This document shows positions 23,228 to 28,682 of a stretch of DNA of 28,682 bases, one piece after another. Both the position numbers and the translations under genes were made by a program. Source of the DNA: Eledone cirrhosa (Eukaryota); NCBI GenBank assembly GCA_964016885.1, contig CAXHJY010000945.1, positions 1 to 28,682 on the forward strand, in the 5' to 3' direction. The first letter of the stretch is position 1. The number at the start of each line of letters is the position of its first letter. Under the pieces are notes generated by a model, which searched no databases, had not been told where the DNA came from, and worked only from the letters and a program-made list of their open reading frames with translations.

Positions 23228-23835
23228 CAGGTCACCAGTTGGTGCTACTGGTAACATGTATCCCAGTACAACCTGTCCCATGGTCGGGTCGTTGGCGACT
23301 AAACTGGCAACCCCACCAAGGATTCTTGGTGAGGAGCGTGACTTTGGACATCCTGCAGGACTAAAAACAAAACCTGTAAAATGGCAAAGGAGCTCTTAAG
23401 AGTCAATGGCCATCCAAAATCATCGGGAGAGATGACCCCCTTAGCCTTTGTCAAGGCAGAATTCTAGGAGAAGGAAAACTCTGATATAACACCTGCAACC
23501 CTGATCGTATCCAATGATGTTGACTTGTTCTTCTTTTTGATAAATATCATCTTGGTTAAGAGAGTGGGACTGGCTTTGTACAGTGCCTTTGCTCACTATA
23601 AAAGCTTCACGGCACAGGCATTGCTTTATATCTGGAGACCTCTCTGCACTTGTCGTCACATGGAGCCATGGGCCCAGCACTATGTGTCAATAATTGTCAC
23701 AAGTATAGTGTTTGTACCAGAGTTCTCAAGTCGCTGGCTGGACTAAAAAGTCACACTCGTTCAGCGCATCGGTAGGGGTTCTCCTACATGGATATAAAGT
23801 AGTGGCCGTACTCGAAAACGAGTTGGCAGCCCCCA
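23228..23835 (+). mobile_element. Bipartite non-autonomous RTE-derived element, copy 3
   Basis: Same 5' end (caggtcaccagttgg) and 3' end (gagttggcagcc) as copies 1 and 2, opposite strand, no microsatellite tail. Confidence 0.87.
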
Positions 23836-24094
23836 CTTGAATATCTACTATGTCAGGGTATGTCATGCATCATCTTATTTTATCTGATGGGCACGTACTG
23901 TTGAAGTTAGCTCAGTACCTCTGAAATATGTCTAATAAAATATACTTGATCACAAGAAGTTCTATTTTTGTTAATATTCTGAATTAATATTAATAACCCC
24001 GGAAAACCATTTTCTTGAGTGCTTCCAATCTATTGTAAAACTCATTCTTTGATTTATTCATTGAACCTTGTTTAACCTTTAAATATATATATAT

Positions 24095-24205
24095 GTGTGT
24101 GTGTGTTGACTGGTGAGTGTGTGTGTGTGTGTGTTGACTGGTGTGTGTATGTGTGCGTGTGTGTTGACTGGTGTGTGTGTGTGTGTTGACTGGGGTGTGT
24201 GTGTA
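24095..24205. repeat. Minisatellite: (GT)n interrupted four times by TTGACTG
   Basis: Direct reading. Confidence 0.85.
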
Positions 24206-24238
24206 TACATGTACATATATATATGTGTGTGTGTGTAT

Positions 24239-24380
24239 AACAAACAAAGTGTGTGATAAGGCACCAGAGTACACGATACTAGGATAGTAGAGTGGGTAAT
24301 AGGAAAAGAGTGAGGACACCGGAAGCTGAGCTCCGGCCGTTTCGGGTCTAGCCGTCGAAACGGCCGGAGCTCTTTTCCTA
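24239..24380 (-). mobile_element. Fold-back family copy (subfamily 2, deleted)
   Basis: Leader 'gcaccagagtacacgatactaggatagtagagtgggtaataggaaaagag', then gagctccggccgtttcg...cgaaacggccggagctc, then ttttccta-(TA)n. Confidence 0.85.
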
Positions 24381-25255
24381 TATATATATAGTGGCAAGAG
24401 TTTCCAAAGAGTTAGAGGAAGGAAAAAAAGCGTTCTAAGCAATGTACAGAGCCAAAATGAATAATATGAATAATATCTCAACACAAATGCGTGTTACCTA
24501 AGGTTTCAAACATCAGCCACCGTAGGACATAAATATTATGCCTGCTAGTTTAGTTATCATCGCACGAAACCCTTGTTTTATCCGGTGATGATTAAACCAA
24601 CATAGAATATCTATGTCTTATTCTGGTTGAAGTTTGAAACTTTAGGTAGCATGTATTTGTTTTGGTTCTCTGCTCTCTGAGTTCATATTCCACTGAGGTC
24701 AACTTTCTGGAAGAAATCTACTGTATTCAGACCGGGAGAGGAGGTAGGCTTCACCAGGTTTTACAAATGCCCTAGAAGCGTCTGATGTCAATACGACTCC
24801 CTTACGAATTCCCCCAAAAGTTACGAGACCATGTATGTATGTATGTGAAATATTGGCTTCACCAACATAGTACAGCCTCTATAAGTATTGTTGCTTTTCT
24901 CTTTTTCTTTTATAGCAACAGAAGCTCTGCTTCTTTGAAATAATTTATAACTCACTTTCTTCAGGCTCATCTGACTAACCAGCATGTTCATCTCCCCTCG
25001 TCTATATTAACCTGCATCATTTAGATTCTTAAATAAACAATTCAACAAGTCATTCATCGACAGAACTGGAAAACTATGGAAGATCCTCCATGTCCATTTT
25101 TTTCCTGATGCTTCTGACATACAAATGTTTATGCTGAACACCGAACAGCTGCCCAATTGCGTCAATCTATTACATAGGACCTGCAAGGATCATGGTTACT
25201 ATTATTTCCCCCCTTGACAAACATTCTCAAAAATATACCTAATGCCAATACATTA

Positions 25256-25392
25256 TTACGATCTTTTATGGTCTGAGTTCAAATCCCACCGAGGTTAACT
25301 TTGCCTTTCATCCTTACGGGGTCGATAAAATAAAGTACCAGTAATGCACTGGGTAATTGCTGGCCTTGTACCAAAAGTAGAAACAATTATTA
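25256..25392 (+). mobile_element. 5'-truncated tRNA-derived SINE
   Basis: B box, central domain and tail as in the 15658 unit. Confidence 0.9.
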
Positions 25393-25561
25393 CGTACTGG
25401 GGAAATAACGGGACATCATAGATTATTATTTAGTTTAAATGTCACCAGCTTGCCTTTATTTCTGTTTTCTTCTTTCTATTTATTCCCTGATTGTCGAGTA
25501 CATTCAAGAGAAAACATGACATTTGCCAATAGGATTTTGTTTATACAAGAAACAACTCGTG

Positions 25562-25599
<38 letters not shown>

Positions 25600-26305
25600 T
25601 ATAAAGACAGAGAGAGAGAGAGAGAGGGGGGGGGGGGAGAGAGAGAAAAAGGGGGTGGGATAGAGACAGAGATGGAAAGGGAGAGAGAAACAATAGTGCG
25701 AGAAATAAATATTGTAGGGGTGTGATCGAATTGACACCTAAGCAGTGGCAACAAGAAGGGATATCTCTGTTCGAACAGATAGATTACCGGAAGGCTTTTG
25801 ATGTGTTTTTAAGAAATGTGCTAAATCCAAACAACAGAGGTGTCAGTGAAAAGCGAAAAGGTGCAAAACGAGTCGTAGAGAAAGAAAGCGACAGAATGGA
25901 GTCGAAAGGAGAGAATGATTGAGAAAGGATAATGGGAAGGCAAAGGTCGGGGAGGTTAGTCGATTCCACCTTTGGTGTTGATATTTGATGTTGTCATTGA
26001 TAGCGGCCATCATTGTTCCTCTCACGAACTATTACGCAGCGGTGACAGTATACTGTTAAAGCAGCAATCAATCCCTATTCATTCAGCCTAGGTGCGGACA
26101 CTTAGTCGAGTCTTGTAAACAAGGTCAACGTACTCGATAGACTTTGTTAGGCAAACTTTTGGTTGGTTACATTTTCAAAACCCTCTTCACTCTACCGACC
26201 CATTTGAAATGCACTAATGTTAAAACCCAGTGTATAGTAAGTATACTGAGATATATGCGTCTGTTATGTGAGCCTAGGCATGCATTTCTTTATCTGCGTT
26301 GTTCA

Positions 26306-26374
<69 letters not shown>

Positions 26375-26398
26375 CTACACCCACAAGCATTTATATAT

Positions 26399-26452
<54 letters not shown>

Positions 26453-26849
26453 CACTTGTTAAAGTACTTGTTCATTACTGCGACACAAAACTGTAGGACA
26501 CATTAGTCAATCCAGAGACATGTGACCTATAAAAACTTTACATATTGAGTTCTCTCACCCTTCTTTTCAAAAGATCTCAGTATCCACACACATGCATATA
26601 TATATATATATATATATATATGTATCAACACATATATATTTTTATTGTTTGACCCGAATTACTTGGTCGTTTTGTTTTGGCTGTGCGGATGATATGTTTA
26701 ACCATCATCTCTTGTGTGTTTGGCCCTTAACGTATGTTGTAGCTCTGATTCATATGATTCATCGAGCGCTTGCCACACATATCGGACGTTGATTTTCGTT
26801 AATTCCTGAGCTGAAAACGATTCTCGCTAATTTATATTTGTATATATAT

Positions 26850-27160
<311 letters not shown>

Positions 27161-27192
27161 TATATATATATATATATATATACATATATACA

Positions 27193-27312
27193 GTGAAGGC
27201 GTGTGGGTGAGTGGTTAGAGAATTGGATTCGCAATCGTAAGGTTGTGAGTTCGATTCCTGGACCAGGCGATGCGTTATGTCCTTGAGCAAGACACTTATT
27301 TCACGTTGCTCC
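27193..27312 (+). mobile_element. tRNA-derived CORE-type SINE (head plus core)
   Basis: A box 'tgagtggttag', B box 'gagttcgattcc', then 'tgtccttgagcaagacacttatttcacgttgctcc', which matches the CORE domain. Confidence 0.8.
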
Positions 27313-27411
27313 TTCTACCTGGAGTTGCGACCGATAGATAGCATTAGCAATTGGAAAGACCAACGGAAACATTGTTCCCTCGGTCCGATTTGACGAAAGT
27401 CGATCGTTCCT

Positions 27412-27461
<50 letters not shown>

Positions 27462-27827
27462 AACTGGTACATTCGAGGCACCGGTACTATACAGTTAGTC
27501 GTATACATATATAGGTATCATTTTATTATTATTATTAATATGTGTCGTCGCCACCCCCACCCCCCACCCCCCGCCCTTCCCACTCTCTCTTTCACACTCT
27601 CTCTTTCACTCTCTCTCCTCCCCCGCCCCCATCTCAGAAATGTAAAAACAAGAACGTGAATATGTAAGACACCAAGCTGGGTGCTCTACCGTTTGTTTCT
27701 CGGTTAATTCATTCATCTTACATGAATATTATAAATTATTTACAAGTTCAAATAGTAGTTATCATCACACCCAGCACAGACACGTACACTCAGGTAGAGA
27801 CATATCCAGCCAGCCATTCACACTTAT

Positions 27828-28478
<651 letters not shown>

Positions 28479-28608
28479 ACTAGACATCCCGCTGTTAGAC
28501 ACCGTGTCAGTTTGTGTACACAGCTCACTCAAAACAAACCATGAGGTGTGTCCTGATATCTAATCACAATAACGACTAACTTCATGCGCACTTACTGCTC
28601 ATGCTGCT

Positions 28609-28649
<41 letters not shown>

Positions 28650-28682
28650 CTAGTAGTAGTAACAGTAGTAGTAGTAGTAGTA
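28609..28682. repeat. (TAG)n microsatellite running to the window end
   Basis: Direct reading. Confidence 0.95.

Noticed and set aside
25722-25922. ORF containing IDYRKAFD, similar to a LINE RT motif
   Set aside because: Only one motif with no flanking RT similarity; possibly a tiny LINE relic but not supportable as a feature.
28609-28682. Telomeric repeat at the window end
   Set aside because: The motif is (TAG)n rather than TTAGGG; an ordinary trinucleotide microsatellite.

Overview
Repeat-saturated, AT-rich eukaryotic DNA with no recognisable host exon, so probably intronic or intergenic. The repeat mix (tRNA-derived SINEs with a 'gcctttcatccttacggggtcgataaa' central domain, a CORE-type SINE, RTE LINEs, very dense (TA)n/(GT)n/(AG)n/(ATAC)n) resembles an octopus or other coleoid cephalopod; this is an inference. 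Almost all ORFs in the supplied track are microsatellite artefacts. The real coding remnants are all transposon pseudogenes: a mariner transposase, two Penelope-like (PLE) GIY-YIG fragments, two RTE LINE 3' fragments (one with YADD and C-terminal C2H2 fingers), and Helitron N- and C-terminal pieces. The most interesting layer is non-coding. (i) Five sequence-distinct, intact or near-intact minimal hammerhead ribozymes (HHRs) plus several decayed ones sit in short elements inside (TA)n arrays; four lie within about 2.2 kb. (ii) A ~500-bp ORF-less HHR element has 42-bp terminal direct repeats and an inverted 5' flap (retrozyme or mini-PLE-like). (iii) A six-copy (TA)n-embedded family has a long palindrome made of a duplicated hammerhead 3' half (GAAAC-stem III-GUC) with no CUGANGA half. 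(iv) Three copies of a ~605-bp bipartite RTE-derived element keep a C2H2-finger coding stub and a structured 5' end. All alignments and folds were done by eye; none of these ribozymes has been tested.
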